A stretch of DNA of 64,000 nucleotides from Amphiscolops sp. MND2022 (taxonomy: Eukaryota). Shown here piece after piece: positions 31,701 to 45,633 of the stretch (within the stretch, counting starts at the first letter, position 1; each line of letters opens with the position of its first letter). The DNA lies in contig OZ076409.1 of assembly GCA_964187785.1 (NCBI GenBank), positions 97,900,001-97,964,000 of the forward strand, read 5' to 3'. The notes below the pieces were generated by a model that made no database searches, was not told the origin of the DNA, and saw only the letters and a list, made by a program, of their open reading frames with translations. A program made the position numbers and the translations under genes.

Positions 31701-34700
31701 CAAAATTAGAAATCCTATTCCTCTTAGATACTGGAGCTTTCATATCAATTTTGAACTTACCGACATTTCATGTAATCGCAAAGCAATTAAATCTCAATAT
31801 CCCAAAAAATATTGAAAACAAAAGAGCTAAAACTCTTACAGTTGCCAATCAAACTGAAGTACCAATAATACACTATCTTTCAATGACGTGTATCACTGAA
31901 GTAATTCATCAAAATCGATCTTTCAACATCGAATTTGCAGTAGCAAAAATTAAATAAAATATTATTGGAATACTTTTCTTCAAGAAAAATATTCAAAACA
32001 TAGACTTGCAACAAAATATAATGATTTATAAAGAACAACATCCAAAACTCCCTACAACAACACATCTCTCAACATTTACAGAAAAGGATTACCCATATAT
32101 CTCATACATTTATACTATTAAATGTAAAGAACCAATTCACTTTAAACCAAGATCAGGAGAGACTATACACTTCCCAATTAAAAACTATCTTAACTTGCAC
32201 TTTGAATTAGAAGATAATACTAAATTTTATCCATCAATTCCATATACATACTTCTTACAAAAATTTGAAGATATTTGCCACTTCGTAGACATGATAGTCA
32301 ATGACAAAAACAAAGACGCCTGCTCAACAGTAATTCAAAATTTTACATCTCACCCAGCTACATTACCACGAGGAATTATTGGATATATAGAGATTCCTAT
32401 TACCCAAACAACACCATCTCATTATAGAGTTCATGATGTAAACTCGCTTATTCATTCAGTAATACATGCCTATCATCCTGATACTACAATTCCAATTAGA
32501 CAAAATGACTACACAGATATGAATTTATGTACTCGAGTAACCCCACAGTCCTTACTAGGAATCAACAAAATAGAAATAAATGATAAAACACTTCAATTAC
32601 CTATACCTTCTGTCACAGGAAATCTTCGACCCTCGGATAAAATTAGAAAAGATTTTCCTTCACTACCATTACTGCAGAAAATCAATTCATAAAAAGTTCA
32701 ACTTTGAATATTCAGATTTGACTGATACCGAATATGTAAACCTCTGCAATATCCTTATTAACGTTCAAAATTGTTACGCTGAACATCGAAATGACGTAGG
32801 AAAATTTTCTACTCCATTCAGAATTAGAATCAAAGAAAATTGTAAACTTCAAACACAAAGACCCTCCAAAGTACCAATTCATTACAGAGATAGACTGAAT
32901 AAACTCTTAGTAGAACTTGAAAAATATAACATAATAAAACAAATTGGCCCCACGCCAGATGAAAAACACACTATTGGAACATTTTAAAACCCTTTAATCA
33001 TTATTCTTAAAGGAGACGCAATAAAAGTTGATTTAGATTCTAGACATTTAAATTCAAACACTGATCAAGAACTTGAATCTTGGCCCCTCGAACCTTTAGC
33101 CCCTGAATTAGCTAGAGCTAACAAAAAATACAAATCAACTATTGATTTAATGTATGCATACGCCCATACTCCATTATACGAAGAAACAATCAAACTTACA
33201 GGATTTTCATCATGAGATAAATTATATACCTTTATCCGTGGATTCTATGCATTAAAGGGATTTCCAGTTTTTCTCACAAAACAAATGTCAACTTTCTTTC
33301 GACCACTTATCGACAAACGTTCTGCGTTAGTATATATTGATGATATATTACTCTTAGAAAATAGTAGACGAAAAACAAATGTTTGAACTTATCAAAGAAC
33401 TCCATAAAATAGCAACAAAAAAATCTCAAACTTGCACCTGAAAAATCAATTTATATGCCACTTAAAGTAAAATTTCTTGGACATGAAATAGGAAACAACG
33501 CAATTAAACCAATCTCCAAAAATTGAAGCCATCAAAAGAATCCCATCACCAAAAGAAAAGAAAGGTGTTATGCAATTTTTAGGTAGTGTAAACTTTTATT
33601 CAAAACTCATTGAAAAACTACATATAAACCTCAAACCATTATATACCTTATTACATGATGATGTTAAATTTCAATGGACACCCGAACTAGACAAAATATT
33701 TCAAGACATCAAAAACAAAATGACAGCAGAAACTGAATTAACCATACCCAATACAAAACATCCAGTTTTCATAACTGTTGATGCTTCCTTAGTTGGTTTT
33801 GGCGCAGTCCTATTCCAAATGAATGAAAATAAAATGAGAGTTATTTCTTACAATTCACGAATCCTTAATACACAAGAACAAAAATTTTCAACTCTAGACA
33901 GAGAACTCATCGCAATGGTTTATGCTTTACAAATATATGAATTTCTCATTATTGGATCCCCTCATCCAATATACATCTTCACAGATCACAAACCTTTATT
34001 ACACTGTTTTGCAGAAAAGGGAAACCCAAGATTTTATAGAGCACAAATGCAACTAACAAAATTTTCCAAACTAAAAATCATCCATACTCCTGGAAAAAAT
34101 TTAACTGTAGCAGACATGCTTTCTAGAACCTTCACAAAAGAACAACTTCAAATACATCAATTACGACACAAACAATTACCACCTTAAATAGATTTCGCTA
34201 TCATGAAAGATAACCAACTTAAACCTGTACACTATTTAGTAAAACATGAAGAAATAAAATATAATCAAAAGAATGATTGCCATCCAATTCTCGCTGATTA
34301 TGGCGAAGACCAATTTTCCATTCGTATAAATAACAAAGGAGAAGACATCCATATAAAACCCTTAGATTCATGTTCCTTTCAATCCATTGTTCCATTTGAA
34401 TCTAAATACAGGAGACCTACAAAGAATTAAACAAAATCACTTTTACAACCATCGACTATCCTCAATGACACTGACATTCTTAGTGATGAAGATGAACCAA
34501 ATCAATCACAAAATACGAAAAATCAAAACCCAAACATATTAAAAGAACAAACCCTAGCAACACAATACCCCACTAAATCTGATTACTGTAATCAACAAGT
34601 TCCATTTTTTGATCCATCTTTCTTCAAATACAAAAGATACTTTCATTATTTCTTCTTACCAGAAGATACTCAAATAACAATCGAAACTATAAAACCTCAA

Positions 34701-36050
34701 CAAAAACAAGACCCTGTCTTACAAAAGGTTTGTCATTGGTTACCTATAAACGAAAGACCTTACCAAATAGATCCGACAATAGCAAGTAATTCCTTCCTAT
34801 CAGTTTACTACAAACTCTTCAATCAACTGTACATCAATCATGATACAAAAATCATTCATATAGATTACCCAAACATTCATGATTCAAACCCAAATCAAAA
34901 AGACAAAATATGTTTACCATTTAAACTCTTTCATGCAGCTTTCAATAAACTTCATGCACATGGACACTCTGGAATTAAAATATTTATAAAAGCTTTTAAT
35001 CAATTTTATTTTCTACCATATTTAAATAAATGGATGTCAATCATGACATTGTATTGATTGTATTGAATGTCAACAAAATAAACACATTAATCAAAAAATC
35101 CAAACAGCAACAATACAAACAGTTTCAGAAAATGCTTCAAACTTCAATTATCGAATATCAATGGATACAAAAGGACCTATAAATCCACCATCAAAACTCA
35201 TACATTCATGTGACAGTAGACGCCTTCAGTCACTTTGTGGTAACAGTACCTGTTAAACAAAACAATGCTCAAAACGCTGTCAACTCCCTATTACATCATT
35301 GGATTACTAAATTTGGACCTCCCATATATCTAGTTACAGACCGTAGTTCGAAGTACATTAATTCTGAATTCGCAAACCTTTGTACCACAATGGAAATCAG
35401 ACTTTCACCAAGAACTCCTTACGCACCATGGACAAATGGTTTAGTAGGTAATCAAAATGAAAACCTTGGAACCCATCTCAGACTTTTTCTACATAATACA
35501 CCAGAAAACTGGCCTACCCAAGTCCATATGTACGCTTATGCACATAATTCACAACCACTTTTTGAATTAAATCTCACCATACGAAGTAGTATTTCGTACT
35601 ATACCGAGAATCCTAATAAACTTTGAACTCAATCTTCAAAGAGATAATTATAGAAACTGTACTTCTCAATACTGTCAGGACTTACCACTTCATACACATT
35701 ATGATAAATCAGATTTAAACCCTTTTTTCCATAAAATCCTATCGAAACCAATTCCACAATGGATTTTGGCTACTGAAACTGCTATGATACAAATATATCA
35801 CACAGTCTATGAAAACACAAAAAGAAAAATTATTTGATTTGCTTATTTCAATAGAACATACAACAATCCAAGGTCCTTAGACATTGGTACATTTGTAGTA
35901 AAGAGAAATTTCCTCCTTGTTCATTTTTCAGATAAATTAAAGCCTCTCAGAATTGGACCATTTAAAATCATTAATAAAATTTCTGACATTACATATGAAA
36001 TTGTTAATCTCATAATCACAGAAATCATTTAGTTCCTCACTACCCAAAAG
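31700..36050 (+). pseudogene. pol: Gypsy pol (PR-RT-RNaseH-INT) with many frameshifts and stops
   Basis: FLLDTGA protease near 31720; VYIDD near 33335; ITVDAS...DRELIA...TDHKPL RNase H; HAHGHSG, MDTKGP, VTDRSS and PWTNGLV integrase motifs. Confidence 0.92.
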
Positions 36051-38022
36051 AACAAATTATTTTTCCCTGCTTACAACAATATAACCCGTATCCAAGTAAT
36101 AATAATAATGATAATAAGGACTCGATAGAGCCTTTTGATTCTTTTTCCGATGAAGAACAATCAGTTGAAAACGAAGACTACACATTCATAAATTCCAATA
36201 AAGAAACGGATATACCATCCACAATTGATTTTCAACCAGAATCATTTAACCAATACCCCTCATTTCCGTATCAACAAAACAAACAAAAAACCAAGAATAC
36301 CGACCCAGAAAATCAATCTGATATTCATGACTACGATAACTATGTTAATCCTCGAAGACACACCCATGACAGATACAATTTCCGCCCACAACCACGAAAA
36401 TATTCTCGACTTTTTCTCGGTGAAAAAGACATAATTTCATTTTCTCAAAAATCCTGCTGAAAGAAAGTTTGAGCTGCATGGTAATAGAGAGTAATCTGGA
36501 AAAAGAAACATTAGAAGAAAATAGTGAAAGAAATTGAAATTGAAACATAAACTGAAATATAACATGAAAATACTTCAAGATTGATCGACATAGACATTCA
36601 CCTGCATCAAACAGAAACAACTCATCATCTAGTTCAACTCATTCATTCCAAAAATTACCTGAAAATACTGCATATCTAAATTCAGATACAGACATACTGG
36701 ATTCCTCATCCTCAAATCATAGCCCATGTGCTCCATATTCTCCTGATAGAGCAACAATAACGCCCAATAATACACCCATACTTCAAACTCAAACATCAGT
36801 AATAGCAACTCAATCACAAAATATTACAACAACTCAACCACAAAATACTCAACAAAACCTACCATTTCTAGAAACAAATTCACCAACAAGTGACTCTTGT
36901 GATGAATCATTCACAACTCAAAACAATGTACAAGATACTTCAAGTATCCTAAATAGACCCTCTCTTCCACCGATTCCTACCACTCGTACTCCTCATTTCC
37001 CTGATCCTAGCTCAGTTCTTCAATACGTTCATTCTTGTCCACATAGGACACCAACTGCAACAAAAACACCTAGAAAAACATCTATACCAACATTACCAAA
37101 GAACCTTGCCCTACCATCAACAAGTAAAACCCCAATAAAAACTATACCAGAACATATAGTTACTTCACCATCTGAACTAAGTTCATTTACATTATCTCAA
37201 GTATACCCAAGACTAGAATTAGACCGTCTAAAATCAAGCACTACTTCTTCCTTAACAGACTTATATTACAAAGATAAAGACTCTGATTCAACTGCTAGCA
37301 CCAGAATACCATGACATAGTTATAATCTCAGATCTCAATCACGAAGAAATTCTCAAGAATTACAATCTTTAACTAGTTCAAGTACAAACTCAAGACTAGT
37401 TAGACAACAAGCTCAACCCCGATCAGAAACTCCTTCTCTTTCCTCATCTCACCCCACTATACCATCTTCTCTATCAATACCATTTCAAGTCACATCAGGA
37501 TTTGAAACAGCATCCCTTCTCTCAGAAGATCCGCAAACTATATCAGATAGTGCAAACTTTTCACGAAATTATTCACCTAGTTCAATACTATCTGATTCAT
37601 CCATACAATTACCCGAATATTTTCTAGAAGATTATTCGAGACCTCCTACACCAAATCCACACGAATATCCTATTCGTGTTAACTCAAAAATTATTCGCAG
37701 TCTTAACGAAGATCCTCGATACACAGTACTCCCAGATAGATTTATAAACAAGTTCTCTTTCAAACCCAAGAAAACAAAGAGAACTACGCAGATTACAAGA
37801 AGAACAGTTAATATTAAAATTCGAAGTTGAAGTTACATTCAACTCCTTAAAACCTCATCCATTTTCTGTTTCAACAAGAGTAGCACATAAAACAACTCCC
37901 TCACCATTTTTAGTCACATCAATATCTTATCTTTGTGACGCTGAATTACCAGAAATTAGAACAGGTCATCTAAACTTCTTTAATCCCTTCTCAGGACTTA
38001 ACTATAGAACTAAATTTTAACC

Positions 38023-39324
38023 ATGAAAAATATACTTTTCAACACAAATACTGTATATATCATTGTTAACTCTACATCAGTTCCTAAAGTTGATACAACA
38101 AATTCAGAAAATCATTTTTCAGAACAAGATCCATATATTTTAAACCTTATGGTATCCCATTATGATTGTGCAAAACAAAACAACTTAAGACAATTTAGCT
38201 TACTAAATGTTGAACCATGTAAACAAGCACCCTCAGATATACAACACACAAAAACCCAAGCAACAGTATATGTTAGAGCAAAAGCAAAAAGAATCAAAGC
38301 CTTCAAATGTGAAGCATATATAAAAACTGAAAAGGTTTGGTGTTCACAAACATTTTCATCTAGTAGACGATATGATCGTTTACAATGGGAACAAAATACA
38401 TTAGAACTTCCTAAAATACTTGACCCTATTGAATGTAAAAATATGATAAGATATTTAAACGCGACCGATAGTAAAGAATTAAACAATTACAATAGACAAA
38501 GTTCTTTCTCATTTTCTGATGATAGTAATTATCAAAATAGAATTGAACATGTTCAACAAACATTTAGAGTAAAAAGATTAAATGCGTGGCATATCGGAAC
38601 GTTCGTATATGATGAACATTACCCAGACTGGATAGTTAACTTCACACAAAATACTTATTCATGTTGTAGAAGTGACAGAGAACATTTAATAACTCGAAAA
38701 AGCTGGAAACTCAGAACAACTACTGCTGAAATAACATATGATGATAAAAACAATCAAATGATTCACGATGGATATATGCTACCCTGTTACCATTCAGACG
38801 GATTCTGTAAACCAACAACAAGAACCCCATACACATTAATATGGTTTGATGAAAAATTTTGTCTCATATTTCGATTACAAGAATTCATTGGAAGAATGAC
38901 AAAGATTGAAGACCGATATTGGATAGAAACTGATAACTTTATAGAATCCTCAAACATTACACAAAATCTTCAAAACGAAGGAATACAAGGAACAAAATAC
39001 CCCAATATTAAAACACCACAATCAACCGTAGACAATCCAAGCCTTTCTCGATTTGAGATTAACCCAATTGCACAGACCTTCTGTGGAAAACCAGAACCAT
39101 TTTATTCAACACAATATGACGACATCTTTGTTACATACTTAGATGGTTTTGATATGAATAAAGGACAACCGAGACCACACTCAATAATAGATCAAAACAT
39201 TAGTGGAAGAAAACAACTTGATACTTCTAATCAAAATTATATATTCCCAGCACTAAATGTATCAAATAATTTCGCCACCCTCGACACTATGACGCTCATA
39301 TCAATACAAAAATTGACTTCATAA
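38023..39324 (+). pseudogene. env: Env-like Cys-rich glycoprotein ectodomain, apparently C-terminally truncated
   Basis: Downstream of INT; HYDC...FSLLNVEPC...C...WC...ECKNM pattern with many N-x-S/T sequons; no TM segment before the stop. Confidence 0.55.
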
Positions 39325-39531
39325 TAAATCATGTATTTAAATCTATGACAGTAGAAATACAAATTTATCATCAGAGAATTCAAAAATGATTACCATACCT
39401 CAATTGCTTCAAAATTAATCACCCCATATGATTGGTGGTTAAATAATAAAGAGAAAAATTTCTCGCTTCAGTACAATTTCCTAAGACCATCTCCATATGA
39501 TCTTAGAACTGAAGAGAACGATGCTAATTTC

Positions 39532-40287
39532 TTGCCATATCAAATAAAGAAAGCTCATCATATTACATACCAGAAATTCCTCCAATACAAAGAACCTGAA
39601 AATTACATCTTCAATTCGAAATATACCTCACCTTTTACTTTCAACTCAGAATATCTAACAGATCATACCAAAATAAAAGGGAAACTCAGAAAATATGACC
39701 CACTGGAACAAAGCTTTCTCTTCCTCCCAAATGAGAATCCAAAAAGACCAATCATAGTACCACAAGAATATCTCATCTTGAATGATGACTCGCTGTTACA
39801 AGAAGATATACCTCAATGTATATCAGACCTTCTTCCTCCAATTCAATCCATAGCTTTCCAACCTCTTGGAGACTGTGAAAAATCTTATTATTACGCCTTA
39901 GCAAAAAAGGGATACTCCCATAATGAACTATTATTCATCATTTCTCATCTTATCTCAATTCTTACAAAAGGAAATACTAAAGAAAACAAAAAGACAAATC
40001 AAGAACCTCCAAAGAAATCAGCAATCGACACTTCTAAACCAGAAAGTTTTCCACCCACTGAAGAAATACAAAAATACAAAGAATTAATGGAAATTTTAAA
40101 ACCGTATCATAACCCAAAAAAGGATATTCTCATTACTATCGCTGATATTGTAAATACTCTTGAACAAGCCCGAGATGTAATGCGAAATATGGCATTTGAT
40201 ACGACAAGAGTTAGCCAATCAGCTTCGTGTATACGCACATCATTAAATGAAGTCAACTACATATTTGAAAAGATTCAACAATCTTAA
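39532..40287 (+). CDS. Additional Gypsy-internal ORF of unknown function (251 aa)
   Basis: Long sense ORF between the env-like ORF and the 3' LTR, with a coiled-coil-like C-terminus. Confidence 0.45.
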   Translation: MPYQIKKAHHITYQKFLQYKEPENYIFNSKYTSPFTFNSEYLTDHTKIKGKLRKYDPLEQSFLFLPNENPKRPIIVPQEYLILNDDSLLQEDIPQCISDLLPPIQSIAFQPLGDCEKSYYYALAKKGYSHNELLFIISHLISILTKGNTKENKKTNQEPPKKSAIDTSKPESFPPTEEIQKYKELMEILKPYHNPKKDILITIADIVNTLEQARDVMRNMAFDTTRVSQSASCIRTSLNEVNYIFEKIQQS

Positions 40288-42336
40288 CTGGTAGTTATGG
40301 GATAAAAGCTTTAAAATTTTAACACTTATCTCTTAATCCCTCAACAACCTGTCAAAATAATTTGAATTTACCTATTTATGCTTGCTATGCATGATTATAG
40401 TTAACCAATAGAATACATTTATAAACCAGTATAACATAAATGTTCACTGCGGACATAAAAATTTCTAACAAAACTCCTCAAATTCGTCTACTTTTATTGA
40501 ACCGAATTTAATGAATGATACCTCAAATGAAAAATATTTAAATACTCTTGAAAAGACTTCCAAAATACGCCATCTTAATTCTTAAAATTAAAAAGATATA
40601 ACACAATAAAATACATCACAAAAAGGTCAACAACACAAATTTATTTAAAAAGGAAATTTGAATGTAAACAAACTGATCTATTTTAGGTGAAAATCGTCAA
40701 ACTCCTTCTTCCTCCAACTCATTGGTTTAATATTTCTTCAAAACAACCAATCTTCGAAAAAGATTCACTTCAATTCCTCCATTGCAACCACGATGACTCC
40801 TCAGGATACATCTGTAGTTGAATTTCCAATTGCTTCCACCCGCCTCCGATCTCTTATTCTGAAGAAACACATATCAACATTATATACTCAGCTTACACAA
40901 GAGAAAAAAGCAGATCCCATTCTAACACGAATGATTCTCTTCAATATGTTCCAAATATTTCAAATCAACAAAATAAACTTTGAGCAATACCTTAAAATAC
41001 ATAACCACCCTGATAAATTCATTCAAAAAAGTGACGCCACAACCCAAACGGATTATACTACTATCCGACCAAAACCTTTTCCCAGAAACCTACCCAACAG
41101 AATGCGTACCCATTAAAAAAGAAAGATTTAGTACAAAATTGGCCATCGGATGACAACGATTCCACCGATGATGAACTTCAAAAAGACCCCCTGAAGCACT
41201 TCTTACCCAAAACTCTCAATACAAAACCTATACTTACGTCTCATTTTAAAGTCAATCTCGATTGTTACAGCACAACATCAGCTGTCTGGACTGGACTCTT
41301 TAAAATTGCCATCTGAGAAACCCTCAACATCGACCATCTGGTTTGCAATGACGACTCCGAAGATTCCACACCCTTCCAAGGTGACATCAACTCTTCAAGC
41401 TGAACCCACCATAGACTCTTCCAAGCTGATCCCACCATCGAGCCAGCAATTCCAACAACCAAGAAGATCCAACAAGATGATAATATGAATATGACAAATA
41501 AATGAGAAGACAATAGAAACATTGTACTTGATAAACTTGAACTTTCAAAATATAATGACGATAATTTTACTTTATCGTGTATAAACAATAAATACAAATC
41601 AAAACTCCCCCCATATTTATTTGCCCTAATTTACAATGAATTCATCCCAAACCGATATTTATTTGCCCAGTTTTTAAAGAATATTTCTTTATTATATTTT
41701 GGTGCTATTCTATCCCACAAAGAATTCAATCATATGTTAACAAAAATCTTTCCAAAATTTCAACAAAACTAGTTCCAAAATTGATCAAGCATATTGTTCA
41801 ATTTCAATTCGAATAATGAGAAACCCACTTTTTCAAAGATTCCAGCATTTGTTACATAACAAACCCGCTAAAGTTGAAAAACATCCTGAAATCTTTTTAG
41901 ACAGTTTTCATGCTTGATGCAAAAATTTTCAACAAAAATTCTCATTGACTCTTTGATCTTTGACTCATATGATGTTCGCTCACGATTTGTCAAATGCGAA
42001 GCCAATTCAATAGCTTCAACAGAGGCATAGAACAGAGCCGCTACCAGTTCAAAAACTTAGGCCCGATAGCATAGTGAAACAGACCACTTTGAAACCTTCG
42101 AACTATAGTCGCACATATGAGGTCTAATGAAGTTGTCACATATTTCGATAGACAACTCGAGGTCTACCATTGAGTCGAACTCTCACCAACCTAAAAGAGA
42201 CTTATGCCAATCAACCATCAAATAAAATTTGAACTAGCTGAAACGCTAAAAACATTTACACAAAAAATTTTTCTCCACTTTGTTTTATTCATTTGATATA
42301 ATGTAAAAATTTAATTTATTTAAAAATCGGGATGGA

Positions 42337-42610
42337 TGTACTGACCTACATTAATAACCAATAGTATTTAGATGTTTATAGAATGTTCTAGAATGTACAT
42401 TTATTTAATATTGAATGACTGTAAAACTCTACTCCTTCAGAGAGAGAAAACTAATAATCAGTGTTTAGTCGACTTCCTTTTTATTCCTCTTTTCAGACCT
42501 CCTAGCTTTAGTAGAGTCAACCAGCTAGCTAGCATCTTTCGGATAACTTAGTTCTGTAACATCTAGAATAGACCACCAACAAAAAATAAAAGACTCTCTG
42601 AAGCAGCACA
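42337..42610 (+). repeat. Gypsy 3' LTR (274 bp)
   Basis: Direct repeat of 25083-25325, preceded by purine-rich AAAAATCGGGATGGA and followed by the TSD CAGT. Confidence 0.92.
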
Positions 42611-44280
42611 CAGTGCAAAAATGAAATTTTCAAGAAATGAGGAAATGGTTTTGTGGATTCTTCACAATGATAATAGTGTATAGTTCCCATGTTTAACAAT
42701 TGATGTGAAGATTCTTCGTTTTTCGTCAATTCGTCAAAGCTTTTCCAATTCTTCAAAGGCTTTTTTGGATTCTTCACAAGCGAAACATTTTTGTGAATTC
42801 TTCACAATTATAATAATATATGGTACCATGTTTAACAAATGCTGTGACGATCTTCGTATTTCGTAAATTCTCCAAATGACAGATGATCTAGTTACGATGC
42901 TTGTTCATACTGGAATTTCTCCTCCTCATATGTACTAACAAACGAAAGACATGGAACGGAAGGAACTCTTGTTACTTGTTTTATGTATATCCTTCCAAAT
43001 AAACTTTCCTTTCCTTCTTTTTCTATGGACAAATGGCATCGATGGTTTCGCGCAATTCTCAATTTTCTCTCTCATTCTACAAACCATCCTAGTGTTATCT
43101 GAAGTGGAAAAAACAGTCCTAAAACAAATGCATAAAGTTTTAGCCGGGACTTCAAGTGAAAGAATTGATGAGTGAGAAGGATCTAGTTACGATGTTTATT
43201 TATTAGGGGTGTGCGGTTAAGGAAAAGATAAACTCGGTCAATGATCACTCCATGGAAGCTTATTAATTGAAAAGTCGGTGAAAATCAATGAATTTAGAAA
43301 TGGTTAAAATTCATTATTTCAAAAGATTTTCTTTGAGAAAAATTAACATTCTGAAGTTGGCTGGAGAAATACTTTGCCTCCCACTGCAAATAACCTTACC
43401 TACGTCACTCCATACTCTTTCAAGGTTTTTCAAGTATGTGCTAAACGCAGCAAAAAAAAACAAATTGAACTATAATGAAATTTGATTGTTTGAAAATCCG
43501 GAAATTATTAGATATTTGCAACTGAAACGATGCTGGAAATATAACATAGCTTCCTAAAAACAGCCATTGAGAATTAAGATTGATTGATTGACTGAAATTT
43601 TTCAGCGCTGATGAAACCAATGAATTAATATATTCATTGGTTTTTAATGAAATATCAATTAATCGCACACCCCTATTATTTACACATACTGGAATTTCTC
43701 CTTCGCTTGTCGCGGGGAGACAAATCGTGGCTGTTGACTGCATCTGAACTGATTGAGAGAGAGTCTCGTCTGACAGTCGGATCCACAGTGTCTCGACCCC
43801 GATGCTTGATCTGAAATCCCAAACTAAAGTTGGAACTAGAACAAAAGCCATCCCATTACTCTCAGGGCTAAATGTGGGCTAAACTATAAGTGTCGCTTTT
43901 GACTGCACTTCACTGGAATATAATTTTCTTATGTGGATCATATATACACAAAGAATCGGGTGAAACACACGATGAGAGGTTTGTTAGCGAAATCCACAGA
44001 TTCTGGAAACAATATTTTGAAAAAAAAACACTGTATCCGTCTCTTTCCATCCCGCGAAAAATGAGAAACAACACGTGGCTAAAACTAAATATATATTCGG
44101 TTTTTAGATGATAATGAATATAATGATAATGAATAATAATAATGATTATATATAATTTTTTTCAGATAGCAATATTTCAGATTTCAATGATGCAAGAGTC
44201 TACACCTGAATAATAGTTTGTGTCATTCATTATTTATGAAGTTTATGACGACGAAATTTCTGGTAATCTATTTTAGTGAA

Positions 44281-44960
44281 AACAAGACGTCTAAAGTCGG
44301 TGCTATATCTCAGGCTCAAAAAGCGCAAAGTTTTTAAACCATTCCCAGCACTTATTTATGAAAAGCTCAGAAAACAGTTTCGAGATATCCAAAGGGCGAC
44401 TTTCATGCTCTATAAGGCTCGGAAACCACTTTTCCCCAACAGGTAACAAAAAAAATTTCGCAAAATGTCGCATAGTGCCGAAAAATGCAAAAGGGGGACC
44501 CTTTGGGATTTATTAAAACATACATTCTGTTGCAAACTATCAAAAAGGGGGGCCTTTTGAGACATTAAAAATTTTCAAAAAAAGTCGCACAGTGCTGAAA
44601 AAAATGAAAGGGGGCCCTTTAGTCTCGTTAGGTTTTGTAGGTTACCTTGAAAAAGTGAAAATGAAAGGGGGACCCTTTGCAGTAAGTTTGCCCTGGGCGG
44701 ACTTGTCCTGAGTAGTTGAGTAGTTCTAGTAGTTTCTGTAAAAAAAGTGGACCAATCAGTGTTTTGTCTGTCATCTGAGAAAAAGGTCACTGTAAGACTC
44801 GGGCATTTTTCCTTAAAAGGAAAAAGCGCCGACTGAAAAGGCCACTGTAAGAGTCGGGCATTTTTCCTTAAAAGGAAAAAGCGCCGACTAAAAAGGTTAC
44901 TGTAAGAGTCGGGCATTTTTCGGTGAAGGAAAAAGCGCCGACTAAAAAGGTCACTGTAAA
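44281..44960 (+). mobile_element. Helentron/DINE-1-like family A copy with triplicated 3' end
   Basis: Begins AACAAGACGTCTAAAGTCGGTGCTATATC; a 55-bp unit ending AAAGCGCCGACT starts at 44781, 44836 and 44891. Confidence 0.65.
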
Positions 44961-45633
44961 AGGGGGGACACTTTGGGCTTTTTGAAACTCCAGTTTGTCG
45001 GAAAATATGGAAAAGATGCAGGGGGGACCCTTTGGAGATATTTAAATTTTTTGGAAAAAAAACAAAAATTGAGAATTTTGAAGTGTCACAGTGCCGAAAA
45101 ATGTAAAAGGGGGGACCATTTGAGTTTTTTTAACATCCATTGTGATGCTGCAAAATTGAAGGGGGACCCTTTGGTGCAATCCAAAAATATTCGATGGGAG
45201 GGATGTGCAGGAAAAAGAAAACGAGCAATTTTTTGAAAAAAGGCAGAAAAGGAAAGAAAAAAATATTTTGGTGCAAAAACGGCAGCGATTCTAACCAGGT
45301 GAGAGTTGGGGTGAGAGTGGTCAATGCTGGCAGTCTGGACGTTGATGTTGGGGGGCAGTTGGTGGAGACTGGATGGGGGGGTTGTGCTGGGGGCCAGGGG
45401 GCGATAGTCCAGGTTGCTGGTCTCGGTGGGGTCTGTTGTGTACATGCTCTCCTGTCGCAGCTCCTCCAACATCGGCATCGCTTCTCTCCTGTCCAAGCCA
45501 ACGCCCACACTCACATCGAACGTGTTCAAACGTATTCAAAACAGTGTATTCCACACGATTTACGATTATACGAAAAATTAAACGAAATCCACAATTTGTT
45601 AAACGAATTACAAGTTATACGAAGATGCCATTA

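Larger units (their letters stand above)
25083..42610 (+). mobile_element. Degenerate 17.5-kb Ty3/Gypsy LTR retrotransposon with env-like and extra ORFs
   Basis: Direct-repeat LTRs TGTA...CACA, CAGT TSD (25079-25082 and 42611-42614), PBS-like TGG after the 5' LTR, PPT before the 3' LTR, PR-RT-RH-INT order. Confidence 0.93.

Noticed and set aside
43441..43851. Possible serine-protease exon (WIRLS...ICLP)
   Set aside because: Only a short resemblance and no catalytic motifs; related repeats near 24830 and 43090 could be host exons, but I cannot support a gene model.
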